Source: Rebecca billardiae RCC1528 (taxonomy: Eukaryota > Protista > Haptophyta). From it: a DNA stretch of 64,000 nucleotides. Below, piece after piece: positions 43,915 through 56,600 of the stretch (positions within the stretch are counted from its first letter, which is position 1; every line of letters begins with the position of its first letter). The stretch spans positions 620,001-684,000 of the forward strand of contig OZ251235.1 of NCBI GenBank assembly GCA_965240325.2. The letters run 5' to 3'. Both the position numbers and the translations under genes were made by a program. The notes under the pieces are model-generated. The model was given only the letters and a program-made list of their open reading frames with translations, did no database searches and was not told the DNA's origin.

Positions 43915-45002
43915 TCAGCTGGAGCACAGGCTGCGGAGCACGCTGAGGAGCGAGCCGACTGTGCTGCCGAGCACCTCGTTGAGCATCTCGGCCATCAGCT
44001 CGTTCGAGGTGAGCCGGTCGAGCAGCCACGGCATGGCCGCGCTCGCTGCGATCATGAGCGGCTCCTCGACCGTCAGCGTCTGCACCTCGGCGAGGCCCCA
44101 GCTCAGCACCATGTTGCGCGTGACCGTCGGGCCGAACGTGCGCGAGAAGATGACGGCGATCATGCCGAGCCCGGTGAAGATGGCCCACATGCTCAGCCAC
44201 GCGAGCGCGATGCGCACGTACGGGTGCGGCGTGAGCGCGCGCTGCGCTGTCGCGAGGTGCTTCCGCCAGCCGCGCCGCCGCCGCTCCTCGCGCGCCGCCG
44301 CCTGCACGCACATCGCGTCGTACCAGCCGACGAGCTCGGCGAACGAGAGCTCGGCGTTCTGGTCCTTGTCGAGCGACGCGACCAGCTTGCGCACGCGGCG
44401 GCGCGACATGCGGAAGCCGAGCTCCGTGAGTAGCGCGCTCAGCTCGGACACGTCCATGTGGCCGCTGCCGTCCACGTCGAACTTGGCAAACTTGGCGCGG
44501 AGCCGGCGCAGCACGAGCGGCGAGAGCGAGTGCGGCGGGAGGTCAGGCTCGTCGTGGCTGGGCAGCGGCTTGGCCGAGCGCGCGCCGGAGCCGCCGCCGC
44601 CGCCGCCGCCGGGGCCGAGCCAGACGGCCGTCGCCGCCGAGGGCGCGTCGGCGGCGCGCGGCGACGACGCGGCGGGCGCGCGCGGCGGCGGCGAGAGCGC
44701 CGCGGGCGCGCAGCCGCGCTCGGTGGACGGCGCGGCCGTGGGCGCGGCGGCCGGCGAGCGGAGCGCAGCCGCGGCCGGCGTGTTTGCGGCGGCCGCGTCG
44801 GCTGGCCCGTCAGAGGCCGGCGAGGGCGGAGAGGAGGCGCGCAGCGGTGCCGCCAGCGGCTGGAGCGGCGGCTGCGGCGGCAGCGGCGGCGGTGCCTCGG
44901 CTGCGCCGTGGGCGACCCCAGACGGCCCCACCGACCGAGGCGGCGGCGGCCGCAGTGGCCCGCCGGATGGCTCGTCGGCCGGGTGCGGGCGTGGCGGCGG
45001 GC

Positions 45003-45039
<37 letters not shown>

Positions 45040-48000
45040 GCGCGCGCCGAGCTGCGAGCCGGGCGCAGGCCGCAGGCTGCGGACGCCCTGGGGCAGCCTG
45101 GGCGGCATGGGCGCGCGCGTGCGCGCGACGCCAAAGCTGGGCGCGCCGCGCGTGGCCGCCGCAAAGTCGTCGGCCGGATCCTCGGGCGGCACGGCGACGC
45201 GCGCGCCCGCCAGCGTGCTGTCGGCGCGCGTGAGCTGCATCGCCGACGCCGGCGCGCCTGGCTCGGGGGGCGAGCGCGGCGGCGAGGGCGGCGGCGTCGC
45301 GTGTGGGATGAAGCCGGGGGGCCCAACCTCGCACGCGCCAGGCGGCGCGCGGCGCGGCGCGGCGCGCCCGGAGGCGGAGCCGCTCGCGCTCGTCGGCCGC
45401 GCGGGCTGCGGCGCGGCGTGCGCCTCCGCCGCGTCCAGCTCCGCGCCCGGCCCCGCCGCGGGCCCCGCCGCCGCGCCGCCCGCCTCCGCCAGCCACTCCA
45501 TCTCGGACACGTCCGACGCGTCCGACAGCTCTGAGGCCGCCCGGCTGAGCCGCGCGCCGCCGCCGCTCTCGGCGCGGCCGTCGTGCGCGCCGCCGCCGTG
45601 CGCGCCAGCGCCGCCCTCCGGCTCGATGCGCACGGTGGGCCGCGCGCCGCCGGCGGCGCTGAGGCCGCGCCAGCCCGCGCCGGCGGGGCTGCCGCCCGGC
45701 GTGCCCCCGGCGGGGCTGCTGCCATCGCCGTCGGCGGCGTCGGCGGCGTCGTCGGCGTCCGCGTGGATGCGCGGGGCGGCGCCGCTGCGCCTGCTGCGCC
45801 CGCGCCAGAGCGCGCTCGCTGACGAGCTGCCGTGCGCGCAGGCGGCCGCCGACTCCTCGCCCTCGCCCTCGGCGTGGATGCGCACAGCGCCGCCGCCGCG
45901 CCCGCGGCGGCCGCGGCCCTCCGCGGGGCTCGCGCCGCCACTGCCTCCGGCGGAGTTTGCACCGCCATCCGCGTCCGCGTCGGCGTCGCTGTCTGCATGG
46001 ACGCGCGGACCGTCGGCAGCGGACGCGCGGTGCGCCGCGCGCCGCGCGCACGAGAGCGCCGCGGCGACGCCGATGGCTGGGGCCGAGTCACGAGCGCGAG
46101 CGCTGCAGCCACCCGCGGCACCGCACGAGGTGGCCGGGGGCGTGGGCCGGGCGGGCGAGGCCGGCGGCCCGCGGCTGCCGCTGCTCGCGCCGCTGCCCGG
46201 CCGCGCGGCGCACGCGCCCAGCGCCGCGATGCGCGGCGAGGCGGCGGCGGCAGGCGCCGCGCCGCCCTCGGCGCGCGCGCCGAGGCCACGCGGGGACGCC
46301 GGGCTGGGCCTGGGCGTGACGTGGTCGCCGCGGAGCACGCGCGCCGACAGCCCGGAGGAAAGAGGGCGCGCGACGCGCGGCGGCTGCACGGCGGGCGAGC
46401 GCGAGCCTGCAGGCTGCTCGCCGTCGGGCCAGACGCGCACGCCCGGGCTTCGAGCGCCGCCGCCGCGCGTGCCGTGCTGCTGCTGCCGCGGCGACGAGTG
46501 CGCGGACGAGCCGTCGGCGTCGGGCCAGACGCGCACGCCAGGGCTCCTTGCCCCGCCGCCGCCGCCGTCCGCGCCTTCGCGCGGCGTCCGCGCGGACGCG
46601 GACGCCGACGCCGCGGGCGCGCCCTCAGCGCGCTGCGCTGCCAGCCGGCCGTCCTCCTCCGCCTCGGGGTCGAGCAGCCTGGCGAACACGCGCGTGGCGA
46701 GCGGCGCCTGCCGGCCGTAGCCGAGCGTGAAGATGGCGCGGAAGAGCGCGAGCGCGGGCAGCGTGAGCCCCGCGGTGATGCACGCGAACAGCACGAGCTG
46801 CACGAGATTGAGCGAGATTGCGCCCTCCTCGCCGCCGCCCGCGCCCGGCTCGGGCGGCGGCGCGCTCGACGTGTCGTACAGCATGCACTCGATCACGAGC
46901 GCGAGCATGCACACGCTCCAGAAGCACTGGCACAGCTCGGCGCGCTTGGCCGTCTCGGGGTCTCCAAACCAGAGGCCGAGCAGAGTGTGTTCCGACTCGA
47001 GCGCGTCGAGCAGCATGCGGTACAGCCGCGTGAGGGAGTGGTCCGCGGCGCGCTCAGCGCCGAGGGCGGGCGCCTCGGCGTGGCCGCGCAGCTGCGCCGC
47101 CTCGCGCCGCGCGGCGCGCCCGCGCGTGGCGGCCTGGATCAGCAGCGCCGCCCTCTCCGCCTGCGCCGCGAGTGCGCCGTCCAGCCGGTCGAGCCGCGCC
47201 TCGAGCGCGGCCGCGCGCGCCTCGCGCGCCGCGCGCCGCGCCTCCTCCTGGCGCGCGGCCTCGAGGCGGCGCCGCGCCGTGTCCGCGCGGTCGCGCAGGC
47301 CGAAGGCGGCGACGGAGAGCGCGCACGCGCCCGCCATCCCGAGCACGAGCCCGTACACCCACGGGTTGTCCGCGATCGCCTCTGGCGAGGCCTGCAGCCC
47401 CGAGCGCGCGTCCTGCGCCGAAAACGTGTTCACGCGCACGCTCGACGCCTCCTGCGCGGCCTCGCCCGCGGACGCGGGCACGGCGATGCCGCCAAAGTCG
47501 GTGAGGTGCGTGCAGCTGCAGTACAGCAGGCTCGGGTCCGCCCCCTGCGGCGCGGGCACGCGCGTGCACCCTTCCTGGCTCCACTCGGCCAGCGTCTCGT
47601 CCCAGTAGAAGCACTGCGCCTCCTCCGCGCACGACGGTCCCGTGTACGGCGGCACGCAGTCGCACGCGCCGTCGGAGGCGCAGTAGCCGCGGCCCAGGTG
47701 CGCGGCGCACTCGTCGAGCTCGGCGCACACGCCCGACGGCCCGACCACGCGCTCCGCCGCCGCGGGCGACAGCGGGAGCCCGATCACGACCGGCTCGTCC
47801 AGGCCCTGCACGCGCACGCTCAGCCCGTCGGCCGCGCCCTTGATCGAGACGGAGAAGACGGCGGTCTGCAGCGGCCCCGTGGACGAGCCGCCGCTCTGCA
47901 GCCGGCGGCGCGCGGTGCGGCGGCGGTCGGCCGCGGCGGAGGGCTGCGCGCCCGCCCCGCCCGGCTGCGCCTGCTCAGCCGCCGCGCACCCCAGCTCGGC

Positions 48001-50445
48001 GTAGATGTTGTCTGCGATCACGGCTGTGTGCAGCACGGCGGCGCCGCCGCTCGCGTTGGCGAGCGCGGCCGCCGAGAGCTCGAGCGCGCCCTGCCCGCCG
48101 GGGCCGGCGAGCGTGCCGTTGGCGAGCGCGGCCTTGGTCGCGACGACGGCGCTGATGTTCACCTTCGGCGTCGTCGCCTCGGTGCCCGGCTCGCCCGGCA
48201 CGCCGCCCGCCGTCATCGTCGACGCGAGCGCGTCCGCCGCCGCCTTGGTCGCGGCGTGCACGGCCGCGAGCGCGGGCGCGGTGCAGTTGGCCGTCTCGTT
48301 GGCGCCCGCCTCGGCGAGGGCGCGGCGGCGGCTGGCGGACGCGTCGGCGGACTGCAGCACGCAGCTCATCGTGCTGACCACGTCGCGCGCGAACGCGTCC
48401 GACGAGCCCTCGCCCGACGCGGCGGCGGCGGCGCCCGCGACCGTGCCGACCGCCAGCAGCTGGCCGCTCTCGTCGAGCGCGCAGCCCGAGCGGAGCGCGA
48501 TGGACGCGACGACGGAGGCGGCCTGCTGCGTGGAGTCGGAGGTGGCGACGGAGGCGGCGGCGACGGCGCTCGCCGTGCTGAGCATCGCCGTGGACACCGC
48601 GCTCGAGCCCCCGCCCGCCGTCGAGTTGGACGAGCCGGTGTCCAGCCGGCGGCGGCGGCGGGCGCCGCCGCCCGCGTCGCAGCCGAGCTCGTCGCCCGCC
48701 GCGCCCGCGAGCGAGAGGAGGAGCTGCATCGCCGACGCGCCCGAGCCGGTGTCCGCCGCGGTGTTGGCGGCGTCGAGCGCCGCGCCGACCGCGTCGCAGT
48801 CCAGCGCCGGCGCCGGCTCGACGCGCACGCCGCCCACCGACGCGCGCGCGGACGCGCCATAAAAGTCGTACACCGACACGGTCACGGCGAGCTCGCCCGC
48901 GGGCAGGAACGCGCGCGCCGTCTTCGCCCTCACGCGCTCGCCGAGCGACTGGGGCGCGTCGGCGCCGCTCGGCAGGTACGAGTAGCCGTACTCGAGCGGC
49001 GAGTCCTCCGGGTCGTCCGTCCAGCCGTTCGCCTGCAGCACAAACTGCGTGCCCAGCTCGACGCCGCCGGCCATCGGCGAGACCGTCAGGTCGCCGCCGT
49101 ACGGCGGCCGGTTCATCTGCACGCTCACCGACGCGACCGCGGGCTGCGAGCCGCCAAAGACGCGGAGCTCGAAGACGTAGATCGCGCCGGGCGTGAGCAC
49201 GCCCGAGCGGAACGCCAGGGCGGGCTGGTCCGCGCCCGTCGTCGTCACGCCCGCCGCGTCCGCGAGGTCGAGCCCCGCGTCGGCGAGCTGCCCCGCGACC
49301 GAGAGCCGCGCGCTCCAGCGGTACGCGAACGCGGCCTGGCCCGCCGCCTCGCGCGCGGCCGAGGCGGCGTCGAGGCTGGTGGAGAGCGAGACGCGCTGCG
49401 TGGGGAGCGACCACGTCGGGTTGTACTTGAGCGCGGTGAGCGGCGCGAACGAGACCACCGGCACCGCGCCGCCCACCACCTCGAGCACGACGGCCGCGCT
49501 CGCGGGCGCGAGGCCGCTCTTTGAGAGCGTGAGGCTGATCGTGTAGTTGCCCTCCGCGAGCTGCACCGCCTCGGGCACGGCGAGCACCGGGCCGTCGAGG
49601 GCGACGCCCGCGTCGAAGGCGGCGGGCGTGCCGTGCGTCGCGTTCAGCCGGCGCGCCACCGACCACGCGAACGAGAGCTCCGGGCCGAGCCCGGCGCCGT
49701 CGGGCACGTTGGGGGCGTACGAGGCGGACGCGTCAATCTCGAGATCTCCCGTGGTGCTCACGCGGCGGTCGCCGCCCGAGATGATGGCCTGCAGCGGCTG
49801 CGCGACGACGACGAGGCGGACCGACGCGCTCGTCGCCGAGCTCGGGTCCGCGCCCATCGCCGCCGAGAGCCTCAGCGTGTACGTGCGCGACGGCACGAGC
49901 GAGAAGGCGGGGATGCGCAGCGACGCGCGCTCCGGCTCGGCGAGCGCGAGCGACGTGTCGGCGCTCGCGTCGGCGCCCGCCGCGTCCGTGATCGACTCGA
50001 CCGACCACGCAAAGTCGATCTGCGCGGAGTCGTCGGCGGGCCAGCAGTCGGCGAGCGCAGCCACGCCCTTGAGCAGCACGCTCGACGCCGGCCGCGCGGT
50101 CAGCTCGAACGGCCCGTCGATCGAGAGCGAGGGCGTGGCGCCGCCCGCGCGCGTGACCGCCCAGCGCACGAGCGCGGACGTGCGGCCGAGGAACGACGAG
50201 ACGCGGAGCAGGAAGACGAAGGAGGAGCCCTCGAGCCCGTCGAGCGTGAGCACCGACGTCGACGGCGGAAAGGCCGCGCTGTCCGCCAGCCGCGCGTTGA
50301 GCTGCGCCGCGAAGTCGGAGACGCCCGGGTCGACGCGCCACGTGTACGTGAGGTCCTTGATGCCGCCGCCGGTCGAGCCGCTGCCGTCGAGCACGAGCAC
50401 CTCGCCCGGGCACGACGAGATCTGGGTGGGCCCGTTGAGCGCGGA
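43915..50445 (-). CDS. Polycystin-1-like membrane protein (REJ, EGF, GPS, multi-TM, IQ, EF-hand pair); 5' part missing or interrupted
   Basis: REJ motifs (LVLDGSGS, IISGGDR, IDASASY, NRPPYGG.L.VSP, WTDD...PLEY). EGF CDCVPPYTGPSC. GPS CFYWD...WSQEGC...CSCTHLTDFG. TM, IQAATRGRAAR, EHTLLGLW. EF loops DVDGSGHMDVSE and DKDQNAELSFAE. C-terminal TMs. Confidence 0.85.
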
Positions 50446-50612
50446 GCGTTTAGAGCTGGTGGCGATTGCAGTCCATCTGTCTGTGAACTGGTCGCTAACT
50501 GACACGGGTGCGACGCAGCAGCCAACGCAGAGTGCTTGCAGCTTGCAGAGGGCCTCCAGCTGCCGGGCGGTTTGCCGCCGCTCGCCGCTGCATCGTGCAC
50601 ACTGCCGTGCAC

Positions 50613-53600
50613 ACGCCCCCGAGGCCCGGGGCGGGCGGCCCGGCGCGCGGCGTGACGGCCGGGGGTGCGCGCGAGGGCCGCCCTGTCCCATCGGCGCCCT
50701 TTGACCCGCCTCGGCGGCTCGCTCCTTCGGCGCGCGCTCCGTCTCGGTGAGCGCCGCCGCCGGCCTGCAGCGCGCGGCAGAGCGCGGCGGCGCGGCGGCG
50801 CGCGACTTGCCCGCTGCCCGCGGCCCAGCGCCCCCGAGGCCCGGGGCGGGCGGCCCGGCGCGCGGCGTGACGGCCGGGGGTGCGCGCGAGGGCCGCCCTG
50901 TCCCATCGGCGCCCTTCGACCCGCCTCTCCGGCGCGCGCTCCGTCTCGGCGAGCGCCGCCGCCGGCCTGCAGCGCGCGGCAGAGCGCGCCGGCGGCTCGA
51001 CTTGCCCGCTGCCCGCGGCCCAGCGCCCCCGAGGCCCGGGGCGGGCGGCCCGGCGCGCGGCGTGACGGCCGGGGGTGCGCGCGAGGGCCGCCCTGTCCCA
51101 TCGGCGCCCTTTGACCCGCCTCGGCGGCTCGCTCCTTCGGCGCGCGCTCCGTCTCGGCGAGCGCCGCCGCCGGCCTGCAGCGCGCGGCAGAGCGCGCCGG
51201 CGGCTCGACTTGCCCGCTGCCCGCGGCCCAACGCCCCCGAGGCCCGGGGCGGGCGGCCCGGCGCGCGGCGCGACGGCCGGGGGTGCGCGCGAGGGCCGCC
51301 CTGTCCCATCGGCGCCCTTTGACCCGCCTCGGCGGCTCGCTCCTTCGGCGCCCGCTCCGTCTCGGCGAGCGCCGCCGGCATGCAGCGCGCGGCAGAGCGC
51401 GCCGGCGGCTCGACTTGCCCGCGCCCGACGGCCCAACGCCCCCGGGGCCCGGGGCGGGCGGCCCGGCGCGCGGCGTGACGGCCGGGGGTGCGCGCGAGGG
51501 CCGCCCTGTCCCATCGGCGCCCTTCGACCCGCCTCGGCGGCTCGCTCCTCCGGCGCGCGCTCCGCCGCGGCGAGCGCCGCCGCCGGCCTGCAGCGCGCGG
51601 CAGAGCGCGCCGGCGGCTCGACTTGCCCGCTGCCCGCGGCCCAGCGCCCCCGAGGCCCGGGGCGGGCGGCCCGGCGCGCGGCGTGACGGCCGGGGGTGCG
51701 CGCGAGGGCCGCCCTGTCCCATCGGCGCCCTTCGACCCGCCTCGGCGGCTCGCTCCTCCGGCGCGCGCTCCGTCTCGGCGAGCGCCGCCGCCGGCCTGCA
51801 GCGCGCGGCAGAGCGCGCCGGCGGCTCGACTTGCCCGCTGCCCGCGGCCCAGCGCCCCCGAGGCCCGGGGCGGGCGGCCCGGCGCGCGGCGTGACGGCCG
51901 GGGGTGCGCGCGAGGGCCGCCCTGTCCCATCGGCGCCCTTTGACCTGCCTCGGCGGCTCGCTCCTTCGGCGCGCGCTCCGCCGCGCGCCGCCGGCCTGCA
52001 GCGCGCGGCAGAGCGCGGCGGCGCGGCGGCGCGCGACTTGCCCGCTGCCCGCGGCCCAGCGCCCCCGAGGCCCGGGGCGGGCGGCCCGGCGCGCGGCGTG
52101 ACGGCCGGGGGTGCGCGCGAGGGCCGCCCTGTCCCATCGGCGCCCTTCGACCCGCCTCGGCGGCTCGCTCCTCCGGCGCGCGCTCCGCCGCGGCGAGCGC
52201 CGCCGCCGGCCTGCAGCGCGCGGCAGAGCGCGGCGGCGCGGCGGCGCGCGGCGGCTCGACTTGCCCGCGGCCCAGCGCCCCCGAGGCCCGGGGCGGGCGG
52301 CCCGGCGCGCGGCGTGACGGCCGGGGGTGCGCGCGAGGGCCGCCCTGTCCCATCGGCGCCCTTTGACCCGCCTCGGCGGCTCGCTCCTTCGGCGCGCGCT
52401 CCGTCTCGGTGAGCGCCGCCGCCGGCCTGCAGCGCGCGGCAGAGCGCGGCGGCGCGGCGGCGCGCGACTTGCCCGCTGCCCGCGGCCCAGCGCCCCCGAG
52501 GCCCGGGGCGGGCGGCCCGGCGCGCGGCGTGACGGCCGGGGGTGCGCGCGAGGGCCGCCCTGTCCCATCGGCGCCCTTCGACCCGCCTCGGCGGCTCGCT
52601 CCTCCGGCGCGCGCTCCGTCTCGGCGAGCGCCGCCGCCGGCCTGCAGCGCGCGGCAGAGCGCGCCGGCGGCTCGACTTGCCCGCTGCCCGCGGCCCAGCG
52701 CCCCCGAGGCCCGGGGCGGGCGGCCCGGCGCGCGGCGTGACGGCCGGGGGTGCGCGCGAGGGCCGCCCTGTCCCATCGGCGCCCTTTGACCCGCCTCGGC
52801 GGCTCGCTCCTTCGGCGCGCGCTCCGTCTCGGCGAGCGCCGCCGCCGGCCTGCAGCGCGCGGCAGAGCGCGCCGGCGGCTCGACTTGCCCGCTGCCCGCG
52901 GCCCAACGCCCCCGAGGCCCGGGGCGGGCGGCCCGGCGCGCGGCGCGACGGCCGGGGGTGCGCGCGAGGGCCGCCCTGTCCCATCGGCGCCCTTTGACCC
53001 GCCTCGGCGGCTCGCTCCTTCGGCGCCCGCTCCGTCTCGGCGAGCGCCGCCGGCATGCAGCGCGCGGCAGAGCGCGCCGGCGGCTCGACTTGCCCGCGCC
53101 CGACGGCCCAACGCCCCCGGGGCCCGGGGCGGGCGGCCCGGCGCGCGGCGTGACGGCCGGGGGTGCGCGCGAGGGCCGCCCTGTCCCATCGGCGCCCTTC
53201 GACCCGCCTCGGCGGCTCGCTCCTCCGGCGCGCGCTCCGCCGCGGCGAGCGCCGCCGCCGGCCTGCAGCGCGCGGCAGAGCGCGCCGGCGGCTCGACTTG
53301 CCCGCTGCCCGCGGCCCAGCGCCCCCGAGGCCCGGGGCGGGCGGCCCGGCGCGCGGCGTGACGGCCGGGGGTGCGCGCGAGGGCCGCCCTGTCCCATCGG
53401 CGCCCTTCGACCCGCCTCGGCGGCTCGCTCCTCCGGCGCGCGCTCCGTCTCGGCGAGCGCCGCCGCCGGCCTGCAGCGCGCGGCAGAGCGCGCCGGCGGC
53501 TCGACTTGCCCGCTGCCCGCGGCCCAGCGCCCCCGAGGCCCGGGGCGGGCGGCCCGGCGCGCGGCGTGACGGCCGGGGGTGCGCGCGAGGGCCGCCCTGT

Positions 53601-56600
53601 CCCATCGGCGCCCTTTGACCTGCCTCGGCGGCTCGCTCCTTCGGCGCGCGCTCCGCCGCGCGCCGCCGGCCTGCAGCGCGCGGCAGAGCGCGGCGGCGCG
53701 GCGGCGCGCGACTTGCCCGCTGCCCGCGGCCCAGCGCCCCCGAGGCCCGGGGCGGGCGGCCCGGCGCGCGGCGTGACGGCCGGGGGTGCGCGCGAGGGCC
53801 GCCCTGTCCCATCGGCGCCCTTCGACCCGCCTCGGCGGCTCGCTCCTCCGGCGCGCGCTCCGCCGCGGCGAGCGCCGCCGCCGGCCTGCAGCGCGCGGCA
53901 GAGCGCGGCGGCGCGGCGGCGCGCGGCGGCTCGACTTGCCCGCGGCCCAGCGCCCCCGAGGCCCGGGGCGGGCGGCCCGGCGCGCGGCGTGACGGCCGGG
54001 GGTGCGCGCGAGGGCCGCCCTGTCCCATCGGCGCCCTTTGACCCGCCTCGGCGGCTCGCTCCTTCGGCGCGCGCTCCGTCTCGGTGAGCGCCGCCGCCGG
54101 CCTGCAGCGCGCGGCAGAGCGCGGCGGCGCGGCGGCGCGCGACTTGCCCGCTGCCCGCGGCCCAGCGCCCCCGAGGCCCGGGGCGGGCGGCCCGGCGCGC
54201 GGCGTGACGGCCGGGGGTGCGCGCGAGGGCCGCCCTGTCCCATCGGCGCCCTTTGACCCGCCTCGGCGGCTCGCTCCTCCGGCGCGCGCTCCGTCTCGGC
54301 GAGCGCCGCCGCCGGCCTGCAGCGCGCGGCAGAGCGCGCCGGCGGCTCGACTTGCCCGCTGCCCGCGGCCCAGCGCCCCCGAGGCCCGGGGCGGGCGGCC
54401 CGGCGCGCGGCGTGACGGCCGGGGGTGCGCGCGAGGGCCGCCCTGTCCCATCGGCGCCCTTTGACCCGCCTCGGCGGCTCGCTCCTTCGGCGCGCGCTCC
54501 GTCTCGGCGAGCGCCGCCGCCGGCCTGCAGCGCGCGGCAGAGCGCGCCGGCGGCTCGACTTGCCCGCTGCCCGCGGCCCAACGCCCCCGAGGCCCGGGGC
54601 GGGCGGCCCGGCGCGCGGCGCGACGGCCGGGGGTGCGCGCGAGGGCCGCCCTGTCCCATCGGCGCCCTTTGACCCGCCTCGGCGGCTCGCTCCTTCGGCG
54701 CCCGCTCCGTCTCGGCGAGCGCCGCCGGCATGCAGCGCGCGGCAGAGCGCGCCGGCGGCTCGACTTGCCCGCGCCCGACGGCCCAACGCCCCCGGGGCCC
54801 GGGGCGGGCGGCCCGGCGCGCGGCGTGACGGCCGGGGGTGCGCGCGAGGGCCGCCCTGTCCCATCGGCGCCCTTCGACCCGCCTCGGCGGCTCGCTCCTC
54901 CGGCGCGCGCTCCGCCGCGGCGAGCGCCGCCGCCGGCCTGCAGCGCGCGGCAGAGCGCGCCGGCGGCTCGACTTGCCCGCTGCCCGCGGCCCAGCGCCCC
55001 CGAGTCCCGGGGCGGGCGGCCCGGCGCGCGGCGTGACGGCCGGGGGTGCGCACGAGGGCCGCCCTGTCCCATCGGCGCCCTTCGACCCGCCTCGGCGGCT
55101 CGCTCCTCCGGCGCGCGCTCCGTCTCGGCGAGCGCCGCCGCCGGCCTGCAGCGCGCGGCAGAGCGCGCCGGCGGCTCGACTTGCCCGCTGCCCGCGGCCC
55201 AGCGCCCCCGAGGCCCGGGGCGGGCGGCCCGGCGCGCGGCGTGACGGCCGGGGGTGCGCGCGAGGGCCGCCCTGTCCCATCGGCGCCCTTTGACCTGCCT
55301 CGGCGGCTCGCTCCTTCGGCGCGCGCTCCGCCGCGCGCCGCCGGCCTGCAGCGCGCGGCAGAGCGCGGCGGCGCGGCGGCGCGCGACTTGCCCGCTGCCC
55401 GCGGCCCAGCGCCCCCGAGGCCCGGGGCGGGCGGCCCGGCGCGCGGCGTGACGGCCGGGGGTGCGCGCGAGGGCCGCCCTGTCCCATCGGCGCCCTTCGA
55501 CCCGCCTCGGCGGCTCGCTCCTCCGGCGCGCGCTCCGCCGCGGCGAGCGCCGCCGCCGGCCTGCAGCGCGCGGCAGAGCGCGGCGGCGCGGCGGCGCGCG
55601 GCGGCTCGACTTGCCCGCGGCCCAGCGCCCCCGAGGCCCGGGGCGGGCGGCCCGGCGCGCGGCGTGACGGCCGGGGGTGCGCGCGAGGGCCGCCCTGTCC
55701 CATCGGCGCCCTTTGACCCGCCTCGGCGGCTCGCTCCTTCGGCGCGCGCTCCGTCTCGGTGAGCGCCGCCGCCGGCCTGCAGCGCGCGGCAGAGCGCGGC
55801 GGCGCGGCGGCGCGCGACTTGCCCGCTGCCCGCGGCCCAGCGCCCCCGAGGCCCGGGGCGGGCGGCCCGGCGCGCGGCGTGACGGCCGGGGGTGCGCGCG
55901 AGGGCCGCCCTGTCCCATCGGCGCCCTTTGACCCGCCTCGGCGGCTCGCTCCTCCGGCGCGCGCTCCGTCTCGGCGAGCGCCGCCGCCGGCCTGCAGCGC
56001 GCGGCAGAGCGCGCCGGCGGCTCGACTTGCCCGCTGCCCGCGGCCCAACGCCCCCGAGGCCCGGGGCGGGCGGCCCGGCGCGCGGCGCGACGGCCGGGGG
56101 TGCGCGCGAGGGCCGCCCTGTCCCATCGGCGCCCTTTGACCCGCCTCGGCGGCTCGCTCCTTCGGCGCCCGCTCCGTCTCGGCGAGCGCCGCCGGCATGC
56201 AGCGCGCGGCAGAGCGCGCCGGCGGCTCGACTTGCCCGCGCCCGACGGCCCAACGCCCCCGGGGCCCGGGGCGGGCGGCCCGGCGCGCGGCGTGACGGCC
56301 GGGGGTGCGCGCGAGGGCCGCCCTGTCCCATCGGCGCCCTTCGACCCGCCTCGGCGGCTCGCTCCTCCGGCGCGCGCTCCGCCGCGGCGAGCGCCGCCGC
56401 CGGCCTGCAGCGCGCGGCAGAGCGCGGCGGCGCGGCGGCGCGCGGCGGCTCGACTTGCCCGCGGCCCAGCGCCCCCGAGGCCCGGGGCGGGCGGCCCGGC
56501 GCGCGGCGTGACGGCCGGGGGTGCGCGCGAGGGCCGCCCTGTCCCATCGGCGCCCTTCGACCCGCCTCGGCGGCTCGCTCCTCCGGCGCGCGCTCCGCCG

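Noticed and set aside
1-50445. Prokaryotic operon or defence island interpretation
   Set aside because: Spliceosomal introns, bipartite targeting peptides and ubiquitin/Pol I factors show a eukaryotic nuclear origin.
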